From Bacteroides uniformis (GTDB lineage: Bacteria > Bacillota_I > Bacilli_A > RFN20 > CAG-288): a stretch of 64,000 nt of DNA. The notes below the pieces were generated by a model. The model was not told the DNA's origin. It made no database searches and worked only from the letters and a program-made list of their open reading frames with translations. Within the stretch, counting starts at the first letter, position 1, and every line of letters begins with the position of its first letter. Position numbers and translations under genes: made by a program. Shown here one piece after another: positions 1-9,853 of this stretch. The stretch lies in contig CAVCCX010000002.1 of assembly GCA_963600815.1 (NCBI GenBank), forward strand, positions 16,033 through 80,032. Reading direction: 5' to 3'.

Positions 1-14
1 AGAAAGGTGAATCT

Positions 15-683
15 ATGAACACACCAAACAAAATAACGTCTGTGCGACTTGTCATGGCAATCTTGATGATTTTCATCTTCTGTCTCTCCTTCATTCCAGC
101 CTCCGATATCTTTGCACCGGAATTCGTGCTCTGCGGATTCCATTTCGGATTCAACTGGATTGATCTTCTTTGCTGTGTCATCTTCATCATCGGTTCCATC
201 ACCGATGCTATCGATGGACATATCGCAAGAAGTCGGAATCTCGTCACCAATCTCGGAAAATTCCTCGACCCCCTCGCTGACAAGTTCCTTGTGGATTCCG
301 CCTTCATTCTTTTGGCCACAAGAACGGATTTTGCCGGACATTTCCAGATTCTTCCTCTCTTCCCGGTTCTCTTCATCGGAAGAGACCTGGCGATGGATGG
401 ACTTCGAAGCATCGCCGCCGCCAATGGAAAAGTCCTGGCTGCCAACATGTATGGAAAAGTGAAGACCGCCATCCAGATGGGTCTGATTCCCGTTTTGTTC
501 CTGAACGGATTCCCCTTCTCCATGATGAATTTCACATCCGATATCGATGTATGGCTGTCCACCCGCTTTGAATTCACCTATGTCATCACTAATATCCTTG
601 TTCTGATTGCTCTTTTCTTTTCCTTGTTGTCTATGGTCATTTATTTCGTTCAGAATCGAAACGTGTTAAAGGATAACAAATAA
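15..683 (+). CDS. pgsA: CDP-diacylglycerol--glycerol-3-phosphate 3-phosphatidyltransferase
   Basis: 222-aa multi-TM ORF with the CDP-alcohol phosphatidyltransferase motif DAIDGHIARSRNLVTNLGKFLDPLADK. SD-like gaaaggtg lies upstream of the ATG. pgsA-cinA-recA order as in Bacillus. Confidence 0.88.
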   Translation: MNTPNKITSVRLVMAILMIFIFCLSFIPASDIFAPEFVLCGFHFGFNWIDLLCCVIFIIGSITDAIDGHIARSRNLVTNLGKFLDPLADKFLVDSAFILLATRTDFAGHFQILPLFPVLFIGRDLAMDGLRSIAAANGKVLAANMYGKVKTAIQMGLIPVLFLNGFPFSMMNFTSDIDVWLSTRFEFTYVITNILVLIALFFSLLSMVIYFVQNRNVLKDNK

Positions 684-1153
684 TGGAATATCAAAATTTA
701 TTGAATCTGCTTTTGGAGCAGAATCTGACTCTTTCCTGCATGGAATCTCTTACCGGCGGACTGTTTGCCAGCACATTCACAGGAATCCCATCTGCCAGCA
801 AGGTCTTCAAGGGTGGCGCTGTCACCTATACGGATGAAGCCAAGGAAGCTTTTGGTGTCTCAAAAAAGACCATCGCCGAAAATGGTGCCATCTCCAAGGA
901 ATGCGCCAAGGAAATGGCCTTGCAGGCAAGTTTCTTCTTCAACAGCGATCTCTCTGTTTCCTTCACAGGAAACGCAGGTCCGAGTGAAAGTGAAAACAAG
1001 CCAGTGGGGCTTGTCTATATCGCTGTCAAGTACCTCAAAGAGGTCTCTGTCTATGAACTGCATCTCAGCGGAAGCCGGAACAACATACGAAAACAGTGTG
1101 TGGATTTCGCCTTTTCGACCCTAATTGATAATTTATCTCAAAAAGTTTCGTAA
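683..1153 (+). CDS. cinA: CinA C-terminal domain protein (nicotinamide-nucleotide amidohydrolase PncC-like)
   Basis: 156 aa. N-terminal LTLSCMESLTGGLFAS and FTGNAGP segments are typical of the CinA/PncC domain. TAATG overlap with pgsA. Located just upstream of recA. Confidence 0.8.
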   Translation: MEYQNLLNLLLEQNLTLSCMESLTGGLFASTFTGIPSASKVFKGGAVTYTDEAKEAFGVSKKTIAENGAISKECAKEMALQASFFFNSDLSVSFTGNAGPSESENKPVGLVYIAVKYLKEVSVYELHLSGSRNNIRKQCVDFAFSTLIDNLSQKVS

Positions 1154-1196
1154 AAAATCATTTTACCCATAAATAATATTAGTGGAGGTGCTCATT

Positions 1197-2270
1197 ATGC
1201 CCAAAAAAGCTGCTGCAGCCAATACGAATCCAGTCGAAGCCGAAAAAGATTCCGCCATCGAAGCGACCCTCAGAGATATTCGCAACTACTACAATGACAA
1301 AGGAATCGTCATGAAGATGGGAGACAAGCCGACAAGCGATGTCGGTGTCATCCCGACCGGAAGTCTCCTTGTGGACTCCATTCTCGGAGTCGGAGGCTAT
1401 CCGAAAGGAAGAATCATCGAAATCTATGGTCCAGAATCCTCAGGTAAAACCACACTAGCCCTTGAAGCGATTGCCGAAGTCCAGAAATTAGGAGGAAGAG
1501 CGGCCTATATCGATGCCGAACATGCCATCGATCCAGATTATGCCAAACATCTCGGTGTCAACATCGCTGACCTTATCCTCTCCCAACCGGATTATGGCGA
1601 ACAGGCGATGGAGATTGTCGATATGCTTGCCAAATCCAATGCCATCGATCTCATCATCGTCGACTCTGTCGCTGCCTTGATTCCAAAAGCAGAACTCGAA
1701 GGAACCTTCGAGGATTCCTCCGTTGGTCTTCAGGCTCGATTGATGTCGAAATCACTAAGAAAACTCGCCGGTGTCCTTTCCAAGTCGAACTGCACCGTCA
1801 TCTTCATCAACCAACTGAGAGAGAAAGTCGGTGTCATGTACGGAAATCCGGAGACCACGACCGGTGGACGTGCCCTGAAATTCTATTCCACCATCCGTAT
1901 CGAAATCCGTCGTGCGGAAACAATCAAGCAGGGTGATAAGGCTTTAGGCAACATCGTCAATGTCAAGGTCGTCAAGAACAAGGTTGCCCCACCGTATCGC
2001 AGCTGCAAAATAGAGCTCATGTTCGGAGAAGGAATCTCCAAGGAACACGAGATTGCCCAATTGGCTGTCGACTTTTCCATCATCGAGAAATCCGGTTCCT
2101 GGTTCTCCTATCAGGGGGAAAGAATCGGTCAGGGTATGTCCTCTGTCTATGACTATATGAAGAATAATCCACTCTTCGAGTCCCAGATTGAGGAAGCCGT
2201 CCGCATGAAACTGACAAATAAGCCTTTAGCCGAGGAAGAGGACGAAGAAGAAGCAGATACAACGAACTAA
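1197..2270 (+). CDS. recA: Recombinase RecA
   Basis: Walker A GPESSGKTTLAL and conserved IDAEHA, VVDSVAAL and FINQLREK blocks. ATG at 1197 is preceded by SD ggaggtg. The track start at 1182 is an upstream GTG. Confidence 0.97.
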   Translation: MPKKAAAANTNPVEAEKDSAIEATLRDIRNYYNDKGIVMKMGDKPTSDVGVIPTGSLLVDSILGVGGYPKGRIIEIYGPESSGKTTLALEAIAEVQKLGGRAAYIDAEHAIDPDYAKHLGVNIADLILSQPDYGEQAMEIVDMLAKSNAIDLIIVDSVAALIPKAELEGTFEDSSVGLQARLMSKSLRKLAGVLSKSNCTVIFINQLREKVGVMYGNPETTTGGRALKFYSTIRIEIRRAETIKQGDKALGNIVNVKVVKNKVAPPYRSCKIELMFGEGISKEHEIAQLAVDFSIIEKSGSWFSYQGERIGQGMSSVYDYMKNNPLFESQIEEAVRMKLTNKPLAEEEDEEEADTTN

Positions 2271-2276
2271 GCAAAG

Positions 2277-2304
2277 AAACTCCGATTCATTTCGGAGTTT
2301 TTTT
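2277..2304 (+). terminator. Rho-independent terminator after recA
   Basis: aaactccga/tcggagttt 9-bp stem with a 6-nt loop, followed by a T-run. Confidence 0.8.
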
Positions 2305-2391
2305 CATTGCCAACTTTTCTCATGCGGAAAGAAAACAGGTTTCTTCCTTTTTTTCTTTCCTCTTTTCGAAAGAAAAAAGCGGAAATTCGCT

Positions 2392-2419
2392 TTCAAAAAA
2401 GCCCATTCGGGGTTATAAT
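2392..2419 (+). promoter_or_regulatory. Candidate sigma-A promoter for rny
   Basis: TTCAAA, 16-nt spacer, TATAAT, about 170 nt upstream of the rny ATG. Confidence 0.35.
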
Positions 2420-2589
2420 TTTACATGTACATAAAGTCACTCGCTTTATGTTGTATATAAAAGATAAACTTGATTTAATTTGTTTTTTTTGAATATTTAA
2501 ATCGCAACGTCTTTTTTCAGAGTAGGTTCAAAAAGGGCACAGTGGACCTTTAAATTTTTTACTGAACCCTAGAAAGGTTATATTTTTAT

Positions 2590-4164
2590 ATGGAAGCCAT
2601 ATACGTTGTACTTATCTGTCTTGCCGTTTTTGTCGTGACGCTCATTGTCACATTCGGTTTCTGCTTCTACTACATGCATGTCAAGCCGAAGAAACAAGGC
2701 ACATTGGCCAAGAAACAGGCCGAAGACCTCATCAATGAGGCAAACAGCAAAGTCGATACAATCATCGACAATGCCAAGAAGGAAGGAAAAGCTGAAGCCG
2801 AAGAGCTCAAGAAAGCTGCTGAAAAGGATATCGCCGAAAGAAAAGCGACCATCAGCCAGTCGGAAGCCAAGCTCGACGCAAGAGAATCCACCCTTGACAA
2901 GAGAGAGGATGCCATCATCTCCCGTGAAGCCCAGATCGACCAGAAGAGAACTGAATATGAACAGAAGATCCAGGCACTTGACTGCAAGGACAAGGAATTG
3001 CAGACAAAACTCGATTCTGTCCTTGGCGAATTGGAGAAAATCGCCTCGATGACCACCGAACAGGCCAAAGAAGAACTCATGGCCCGTGTCGAAGAAAAAG
3101 AAACCAAGCGTCTTGCCTTGTTCAAGGAACAGAAGGAAGAAGAAGTCCGTTCCCAGATTGAAGACAAGGCCAAGACTCTTCTTTCCCTGGCCATGGAAAA
3201 ATATGCCCAGGATGTCACCTGTGAAAGAAATTCCTCTTCCGTCGCTCTTCCAAGCGACGAGATGAAGGGAAGAATCATCGGACGTGAAGGAAGAAACATC
3301 AAATCCATGGAACAGCTCTTCGGTGTCTCGCTCATCATCGATGACACACCGGAAACCCTGACTGTCTCCTGCTTCGATCCAATCCGCAGAGAAAAAGCCA
3401 AACTCACATTGGAAGCCTTGGTCCGTGATGGAAGAATCCAGCCCGGAAGAATCGAAGACCTCTATAAGAAGATTTCGGATGAATTCGATGATTCCTTGAG
3501 AAGAATCGGTGAACAGACCGTCTTCAAACTCGGTCTTCCGAGAATCAACGCCGGACTCTATCCGTATATCGGAAGACTCAAATATCGTACCTCCTATGGT
3601 CAGAACGTCCTTGACCATTCCATCCAGGTCGCCTATCTAGCCTCCGTCATGGCCAGTGAACTCGGCCTTGACCCTGTCTTAGCCAAGAGAGCCGGTCTTC
3701 TTCACGATATCGGCAAATCCATCGATGCCGAACAGGAAGGCTCCCACGTCGAACTTGGTTCGAAGCTGGCCAAGAAGTTCAATGAATCCGATGTCATCGT
3801 CAATGCCATCGAATCCCACCATGGCGATGTACCTAAGAAATATCTCATTTCCGAATTGGTGACCGCCGCAGATACGCTTTCCGCCGCCCGTCCAGGAGCC
3901 AGAAGCGAAACATTGGAAACCTACATCAAGCGTCTTGAACAGTTGGAGACCATCTGCAAATCCTTCAACGGTGTCCAGTCTTCCTATGCCTTGCAGTCCG
4001 GAAGAGATGTCCGTGTTCTCGTCGTCCCTGAGAAGGTCAGCGATGAGGATGCCAAAGTCATGGCTGTCCAAATCCGTGAAAAGATTGAATCCGAAATGCA
4101 GTATCCAGGACAGATCAAAGTTTCTGTCATCCGTGAAACCCGCGCTGTCGAATTCGCAAAATAA
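2590..4164 (+). CDS. rny: Ribonuclease Y
   Basis: 524 aa. N-terminal TM helix, long charged coiled coil, KH motif [12 protein letters not shown], and HD domain LLHDIGK...ESHHG. Confidence 0.95.
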   Translation: MEAIYVVLICLAVFVVTLIVTFGFCFYYMHVKPKKQGTLAKKQAEDLINEANSKVDTIIDNAKKEGKAEAEELKKAAEKDIAERKATISQSEAKLDARESTLDKREDAIISREAQIDQKRTEYEQKIQALDCKDKELQTKLDSVLGELEKIASMTTEQAKEELMARVEEKETKRLALFKEQKEEEVRSQIEDKAKTLLSLAMEKYAQDVTCERNSSSVALPSDEMKGRIIGREGRNIKSMEQLFGVSLIIDDTPETLTVSCFDPIRREKAKLTLEALVRDGRIQPGRIEDLYKKISDEFDDSLRRIGEQTVFKLGLPRINAGLYPYIGRLKYRTSYGQNVLDHSIQVAYLASVMASELGLDPVLAKRAGLLHDIGKSIDAEQEGSHVELGSKLAKKFNESDVIVNAIESHHGDVPKKYLISELVTAADTLSAARPGARSETLETYIKRLEQLETICKSFNGVQSSYALQSGRDVRVLVVPEKVSDEDAKVMAVQIREKIESEMQYPGQIKVSVIRETRAVEFAK

Positions 4165-4175
4165 GATTGCCAGCC

Positions 4176-4982
4176 ATGAGAGAATTCGTTCGTATCCTTT
4201 TCTTCGGAGATATCGTCGGACCTCTTGGAAGAAAAGCAGTCAAGAAATATCTTTCTCTTCACAAAAAGCAGGATGGAATCGATTTTGTGATTGCCAATGG
4301 CGAGAACACAACCCACGGCCATGGACTCTCCTATACACACTATAAGGAACTTCTCTCCTATGGCATCGATTGTCTGACCAGCGGAAATCATTTCTTCAAC
4401 TCGCCTGATGCGGCGAAATACGCAAAGGAGATGAACCGCCAGGTCCGTCCCTACAATTTCGATAAGGCCTGCCCCGGCGAAGGAACACGTCTCTTCACCA
4501 TGGATGACTCAACAGAAATCCAGGTAAGCAACATGATGGGTCGAATCTACATGAATGGTGTCCAGTCGAATCCTTTCTACGATATGGATGAAATCATGAA
4601 TGACAAAAAAGACGTCATTCACATACTCGACTTCCATGCGGAAGCCACCGCCGAAAAAAGAATCATGGGCGAATACCTCGATGGAAAAATCACGGCTGTC
4701 TTTGGAACCCACACCCATGTCCAGACGAACGATGCCAAGATTCTTTCCAAGGGAACGCTCTTCCTAAGCGATGTCGGAATGAACGGTGCCTATTATTCCT
4801 CCCTTGGCGATGATATCGAACCATCGATGCGTCGCACCATCACCCAGATGCCAACTGCACTCTCGGTTCCCCGAACTGGAAAAATGCTTGTCAACGCCAT
4901 CCAATTCGATGTGAATCGGACAACGAAGCAGGTGACATCCTTCCATCTGATCAATGAAACCTTCCAAGATGACCCAAACTGA
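4176..4982 (+). CDS. ymdB: YmdB-family metallophosphoesterase (2',3'-cyclic-nucleotide 2'-phosphodiesterase)
   Basis: ILFFGDIVG, ANGENTTHGHG, DFHAEATAEK and GTHTHVQTND motifs. Directly downstream of rny as in Bacillus. Start could be TTG 4167 or ATG 4176. Confidence 0.9.
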   Translation: MREFVRILFFGDIVGPLGRKAVKKYLSLHKKQDGIDFVIANGENTTHGHGLSYTHYKELLSYGIDCLTSGNHFFNSPDAAKYAKEMNRQVRPYNFDKACPGEGTRLFTMDDSTEIQVSNMMGRIYMNGVQSNPFYDMDEIMNDKKDVIHILDFHAEATAEKRIMGEYLDGKITAVFGTHTHVQTNDAKILSKGTLFLSDVGMNGAYYSSLGDDIEPSMRRTITQMPTALSVPRTGKMLVNAIQFDVNRTTKQVTSFHLINETFQDDPN

Positions 4983-4997
4983 TGGGTCATCTTTTTC
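4968..4997 (+). terminator. Rho-independent terminator after ymdB
   Basis: gatgaccca/tgggtcatc 9-bp stem with the stop codon in the loop, followed by tttttc. Confidence 0.75.
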
Positions 4998-5135
4998 TTT
5001 CGATTCTTTCCAATATTTTTTGACTACTTCCTATTTTTGTCATTACGTTTTTTTCAGAAAAAGAAAAATGTTGACAAAACTACCATTTTCAGGCGAAAAA
5101 AGATTATAATAGAAACTTAGAAAGAGGTTTTCTAT

Positions 5136-5483
5136 ATGACAACATTAAAAGCAAGTGGAAACACACAAATTCAGAAGTTAGCAGGAGCGATTGCCGGTAA
5201 CATTCGTCAGGAAGGTGCCGTCCAGATCTCTTTGGTTGGTGCATCGGCTCTCAATCAGGCCATCAAGGCTTGCATCGTCGCCCGCCGTTTTCTCAAGGAT
5301 GATGAAAACAAGTGCGACATCGCCATCCAGCCTGAATTCATGATGCAGAACTTCACAGAACCGTCTGATTCTGCTGCCAGAGAAGTCACCACGATCCTTC
5401 TCCACATCACCAAAGCAGAATTCAATCCGGATCATGCTGTGTCCTCCGATGTTCCCAAGCACGAAGAAGCACTTGGCGAGTAA
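5136..5483 (+). CDS. spoVS: SpoVS-like protein with C-terminal extension
   Basis: N-terminal about 85 aa resemble SpoVS (LKASGNT..KLAGAIAGNIR..GAV.I..VGASALNQAIKA..VARRFL). SD aaagagg upstream. Same genomic position as B. subtilis spoVS. Confidence 0.75.
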   Translation: MTTLKASGNTQIQKLAGAIAGNIRQEGAVQISLVGASALNQAIKACIVARRFLKDDENKCDIAIQPEFMMQNFTEPSDSAAREVTTILLHITKAEFNPDHAVSSDVPKHEEALGE

Positions 5484-5494
5484 TTAGCAATCGT

Positions 5495-6955
5495 ATGAAA
5501 AACCGCCGTCTTGTATCCCTGCCTGATCTGAAGGCAGCCGCGGGACGGAATCTCAGCGAAACGGTTCGTTACGAAAAGGTTAATATGAAACCGACGTCTT
5601 TCCTTGTCTCCTGGGGGCAGGGAAAGACTTTTTGTATCAAAACATATGGCTGCCAGGCCAATGTCCGAGATTCCGAAATCATCCGCAGTATGTTGTTGTC
5701 CATCGGCATGAAAGAGCAGGAAGATTTTTTGGGTGCCGATTTTATTTTATTCAATACCTGTGCCGTGAGAGAGAATGCAGAAAATCATCTCTATGGCGAA
5801 CTTGGCCGTGCCAAGGAACAATATGAGAAGAATCCAGAGACCATCATCTCCATCTGCGGATGCGTCATGCAAGAAGAATTCGCTGTCAAGCACGTTCTGG
5901 AGCACTTCCCGTTTGTCTCCCTCATTTTCGGAACCAACAATCTGGTCGAATTCTTCCCGCTTCTCAGTGACTGCATCACCCACAATCAGTCCATCGTCGA
6001 TGTGAGAAGCAATTCCGACTTGGTTCCCGAAGGCTTACCTGAGAATCAGGAAGGACGTATGTCGAAATATACCGCCTTTGTCAACATCATGTATGGATGC
6101 AACAAGTTCTGCACGTATTGCATCGTTCCCTATACCCGTGGAAGAGAACGCTCAAGAAAGATGGAAGATATCATTGCAGAAGTCAACTGTCTTAAAGAAA
6201 GCGGCTATAAGCAGGTCACGCTCTTAGGACAGAATGTCGATGCCTATGGAAAGGATTTCGGTGATGAATACGCCTTTGCCACCCTCCTTGAGAAAGTGGC
6301 TCAGACCGGAATCGAGCGCGTGCGCTTTGTCACCCCTTATCCGAGTGATTTCCGCACCCAGGTTTTCGACGTGATGGCCAAATATAAGAACATCATGCCC
6401 TATATGCATCTTCCTGTCCAGTCGGGTTCCAATAGCGTGCTGAAGAGAATGAACAGACGCTATACCAGAGAACAGTATCTTGACATCGTCCATGAGCTGA
6501 GAAAAAGACTTCCCGATGTTTTTTTGAGCACCGATATCATTGTCGGCTTCCCTAATGAGACTGAAGAAGAATTCCAAGAAACGCTTTCCTTGGTCCGTGA
6601 AGTCGAATACGATGCCGCCTTCACCTTTATCTTCTCTCCCCGTCCTGGAACACCGGCCAGTCGCATGAAGGATGAATTCTCTTCCGAAATCAAGCATAAG
6701 CATTTCGATGAGCTCAAGGCACTGATCGATGAACTTTCCATGAAACGTGCGCAGGAATTTGTCGGAAAGACCGTTCCTGTCCTCTTTGAAAAAGTCAGTG
6801 AAAAAGATCCAAGCCGCATCTCTGGCTATGATCCACATAACAAGCTTGTTCACGCAAAAGGGGATGCCTCTTTGATTGGACAGATCAAGAATGTCAAGAT
6901 CACAGAATCCCATACCTATTCTTTGATTGGAGAAATCATCGATGACGGAGATTGA
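5495..6955 (+). CDS. miaB: tRNA-2-methylthio-N6-dimethylallyladenosine synthase
   Basis: UPF0004 block KTYGCQANVRDSE, radical-SAM CNKFCTYCIVPYTRG, and a C-terminal TRAM-like region. Start uncertain: 5495, or the ATG at 5585. Confidence 0.92.
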   Translation: MKNRRLVSLPDLKAAAGRNLSETVRYEKVNMKPTSFLVSWGQGKTFCIKTYGCQANVRDSEIIRSMLLSIGMKEQEDFLGADFILFNTCAVRENAENHLYGELGRAKEQYEKNPETIISICGCVMQEEFAVKHVLEHFPFVSLIFGTNNLVEFFPLLSDCITHNQSIVDVRSNSDLVPEGLPENQEGRMSKYTAFVNIMYGCNKFCTYCIVPYTRGRERSRKMEDIIAEVNCLKESGYKQVTLLGQNVDAYGKDFGDEYAFATLLEKVAQTGIERVRFVTPYPSDFRTQVFDVMAKYKNIMPYMHLPVQSGSNSVLKRMNRRYTREQYLDIVHELRKRLPDVFLSTDIIVGFPNETEEEFQETLSLVREVEYDAAFTFIFSPRPGTPASRMKDEFSSEIKHKHFDELKALIDELSMKRAQEFVGKTVPVLFEKVSEKDPSRISGYDPHNKLVHAKGDASLIGQIKNVKITESHTYSLIGEIIDDGD

Positions 6956-7256
6956 GTCTCTCTACCAGAAGGCGGATCAGCTTCTAAAGGACTTTTCTTC
7001 CCTGGAGATCGTTTCCCGCTATCATTTCCTCAAGAATGCCCTCAAGGAAGATTCCCATCTTCAGGAAATCAAGAAGACAAGAGAGGATTTTCAGTCCAAA
7101 CTGAAATACATCTCTTCTGAAAAGAAGGATGAAGTCCTTTCTCTCTGCAAGAGACTCGATATCGAATATAAGAACGATCCACTCGTCATCAATCTTCTTT
7201 CCACGAAAGAAGAAATCGACGAAATCATAAAACCTTTGACAGAGACGAAACTCTAG
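6942..7256 (+). CDS. ymcA: YmcA/YlbF-family regulatory protein
   Basis: Small helical protein directly after miaB (the ymcB-ymcA order of Bacillus). ATG 6942 is preceded by ggaga. It overlaps the miaB 3' end. Confidence 0.6.
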   Translation: MTEIESLYQKADQLLKDFSSLEIVSRYHFLKNALKEDSHLQEIKKTREDFQSKLKYISSEKKDEVLSLCKRLDIEYKNDPLVINLLSTKEEIDEIIKPLTETKL

Positions 7257-7276
7257 TTCGTCTCTCTTTGTTTTTT
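7240..7276 (+). terminator. Rho-independent terminator after ymcA
   Basis: gagacgaa/ttcgtctc stem spanning the stop codon, followed by ctttgtttttt. Confidence 0.7.
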
Positions 7277-7315
7277 AAGTATAATAAGAAGACATCAGTT
7301 TCAGAGGACATCATT

Positions 7316-9853
7316 ATGGCAACGAAATCAAAAGAAACCGGGTTTACCCCGATGGTCGAACAATATCTTTCCTTTAAGAAGCAGTACGGCGATATCATCC
7401 TTTTCTTCCGAATCGGAGACTTTTACGAAATGTTTTTGGAAGATGCGCAGATTGTCAGCCGCGAGCTGCAGCTCTTCCTCACGAAGAAGGCCTGTGGAAA
7501 CGGACAATTCATTCCGATGTGCGGAATTCCCCATCACGCCTATCTCCAATACGCCCAGAAACTGATCGACCACGGATATAAAGTCGCCATCTGCGAGCAG
7601 GTCGAGGATCCAAAACTCGCCAAGAAGCTCGTCAAGAGAGATGTCATCCAGATCATCACACCCGGTGCCAATCTCGACTTGACCAACAATGAGAACAACT
7701 TCATCGCCTCCTTGGTGTTGGACCAGCGTCAGGCATTTTTATCCTATGCTGATATCTCCACCGGTGAGATGAAGGCCATGTCCTTGGAAAACAGCTATGC
7801 AAGAATCGTCGAACAGCTTCTTTCCTTGGATATCAAGGAACTTGTCTTAAGAAAAAATACGGACAACAACCTCATCTGCTACATCAAATCGAATTCCAAT
7901 ATCTGCGTTTCCTATTATGAGGATGCTTCCACCTCCATCGAGACGGATTCTCTTTTCGGTGCCCTGAAAGATGAAAGACAGATTGAAGCCTCCGCTCTTC
8001 TCTACAATTATCTGAAGAACATGGAAAGAAGAGACCTGACCTATTTCAAGCCGGTCGAGAACAAGATGGAACAGAAATCCATGAAACTGGATTATTCGGC
8101 CCAGGCGAATATGGAACTCGTCAAATCCCTAGACAACAAGACCTATGGAACCCTCTATTGGCTTTTAAATCAGACCAAGACCCCGATGGGAAGCCGTTAT
8201 CTGAAAAGCCAGATCACGAGTCCAAGCGCAAGCCAGAATGAAATCGAAAAGCGATTGGATCTGACGGAATGTTTCTTGAATCATTATCTTGAAAGAGAAA
8301 CGCTCCGCAAGGATCTCGAATCCGTCTTTGATATGGAAAGACTCATCGCAAGAATGGGCTATGAGAACTGCAACGGACATGACCTTCTCCAGCTCAAGCG
8401 TTCCTTGGAGATTCTTCCGACCATCAAGAAACATCTTTTGCAGATTCAGGACTGTCCACAAGTGACGCATCTTTCGGATAAACTTGGAAATTATGATGAA
8501 CTTGTCTCTCTTCTTGAGAAAGCCATCTCAGAAGATTGTCCTTTGACCATCACCGAAGGCGAAATCTTCAAGAAGGGCTATAACGAGCAATTGGATGAAT
8601 TGATTGCCTTGACAGGCGATGCCAAGGAATGGATCGCCCAACTGGAAATCCGGGAGAAAGAAAGAACCGGAATCAACAAGCTCAAAGTCGGATACACCTC
8701 CGTCTTCGGCTACTATATCGAAGTGACCAAAGCCCAGCTTGACCTCGTCAAGCCGGAATACGGATACATTCGAAAACAGACCCTGACTACCGGAGAAAGA
8801 TTCATCACCGAAGAACTCCAGGAAAAGGAAGCCAAGATTCTGCGTGCCAAAGATGATCGAACCTCCCTAGAATACAAATTGTTCAAGGAACTGAGAAAAT
8901 ATGTCTCTCAGTTCACCTTGCAGATTCAACAGACCTCCGATGCGCTTTCCGAACTCGACTACTATCTCGACCTTGCCTTCGTCAGCTCGGAGAATCACTA
9001 TATCCGTCCTATTTTCAACCAGGAAGGAAAAATCCATGTTCTCAATGCCCGACACCCCATCATCGAAAAGGCAGCTCCGGACAAGGTCTTCGTCTCGAAT
9101 GACTACACCATGGATGAAAAGACGAATGTCCTAATCATCACCGGCCCCAACATGGGCGGCAAATCCACCTATATGAAGGAATTCGGACTCATTGTCATCA
9201 TGGCACAGATTGGTTGCTTTGTTCCTGCCGATTGCTGTGAGATTCCTCTTTTTGGTTCCCTGTTCACTCGTATTGGTGCATCCGACAACCTCATCAAAGG
9301 ACAATCCACCTTCATGACCGAGATGAGCGAAGTCGCCGGCGCCCTGGAAAAAGCCGACGAGCATTCCCTTTTCCTCTTTGATGAAATCGGAAGAGGCACG
9401 GCCACCTTCGATGGTATGGCCATCGCCCAATCCATCATCGAATACATCGTCCGCTTTGTCCATGCGAAGACGTTTTTCTCCACTCACTACCACGAAATCA
9501 CAAAACTAAGTGAGAAGATTCCATCTGTGAAGAACATCCACTGCGATGTGAAAGAATCCGATGGAAAAGTCACTTTCCTCTATAAGATGAGAGATGGTTC
9601 CATGGACCGCTCCTATGGCGTCAATGTTGCCAAACTGGCCGGACTGCCGAATGAAATCATCGAAAGAGCGGATGAACTTCTTGTTTCCCTCGAGCAGAAT
9701 TCTGCCATCAAGGAAAGCCAGGTGAAGAATGTCGTCGCCGAAGAAAAGCCGAAAGACACTCTCCGTGAAGAAATCAAGAAACTCGATCCGATGACACTCT
9801 CTCCCCTGGATGCCCTGAACTATCTCATCGACCTGAAGAAGAGGTGCAAATAA
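7316..9853 (+). CDS. mutS: DNA mismatch repair protein MutS
   Basis: N-terminal TPMVEQY...FFRIGDFYE and Walker A GPNMGGKSTYM. ATG 7316 has an SD-like agagga. The track start at 7268 lies inside the ymcA terminator. Confidence 0.97.
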   Translation: MATKSKETGFTPMVEQYLSFKKQYGDIILFFRIGDFYEMFLEDAQIVSRELQLFLTKKACGNGQFIPMCGIPHHAYLQYAQKLIDHGYKVAICEQVEDPKLAKKLVKRDVIQIITPGANLDLTNNENNFIASLVLDQRQAFLSYADISTGEMKAMSLENSYARIVEQLLSLDIKELVLRKNTDNNLICYIKSNSNICVSYYEDASTSIETDSLFGALKDERQIEASALLYNYLKNMERRDLTYFKPVENKMEQKSMKLDYSAQANMELVKSLDNKTYGTLYWLLNQTKTPMGSRYLKSQITSPSASQNEIEKRLDLTECFLNHYLERETLRKDLESVFDMERLIARMGYENCNGHDLLQLKRSLEILPTIKKHLLQIQDCPQVTHLSDKLGNYDELVSLLEKAISEDCPLTITEGEIFKKGYNEQLDELIALTGDAKEWIAQLEIREKERTGINKLKVGYTSVFGYYIEVTKAQLDLVKPEYGYIRKQTLTTGERFITEELQEKEAKILRAKDDRTSLEYKLFKELRKYVSQFTLQIQQTSDALSELDYYLDLAFVSSENHYIRPIFNQEGKIHVLNARHPIIEKAAPDKVFVSNDYTMDEKTNVLIITGPNMGGKSTYMKEFGLIVIMAQIGCFVPADCCEIPLFGSLFTRIGASDNLIKGQSTFMTEMSEVAGALEKADEHSLFLFDEIGRGTATFDGMAIAQSIIEYIVRFVHAKTFFSTHYHEITKLSEKIPSVKNIHCDVKESDGKVTFLYKMRDGSMDRSYGVNVAKLAGLPNEIIERADELLVSLEQNSAIKESQVKNVVAEEKPKDTLREEIKKLDPMTLSPLDALNYLIDLKKRCK

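Noticed and set aside
1154-1196. Looked for a LexA/DinR SOS box (GAAC-N4-GTTC) upstream of recA
   Set aside because: No such palindrome is present in the short cinA-recA spacer, so no SOS operator is called.
2578-3618. 346-aa ORF on the minus strand, antisense to rny
   Set aside because: It lies entirely inside the well-supported RNase Y gene. It has a low-complexity composition rich in F, G, D and L, typical of the mirror frame of a Lys/Glu-rich coiled coil. It has no SD.
5071-5110. TTGACA (5071) and TATAAT (5105) upstream of spoVS
   Set aside because: The spacing is 28 nt, which is incompatible with one sigma-A promoter, so it is not reported as a promoter.
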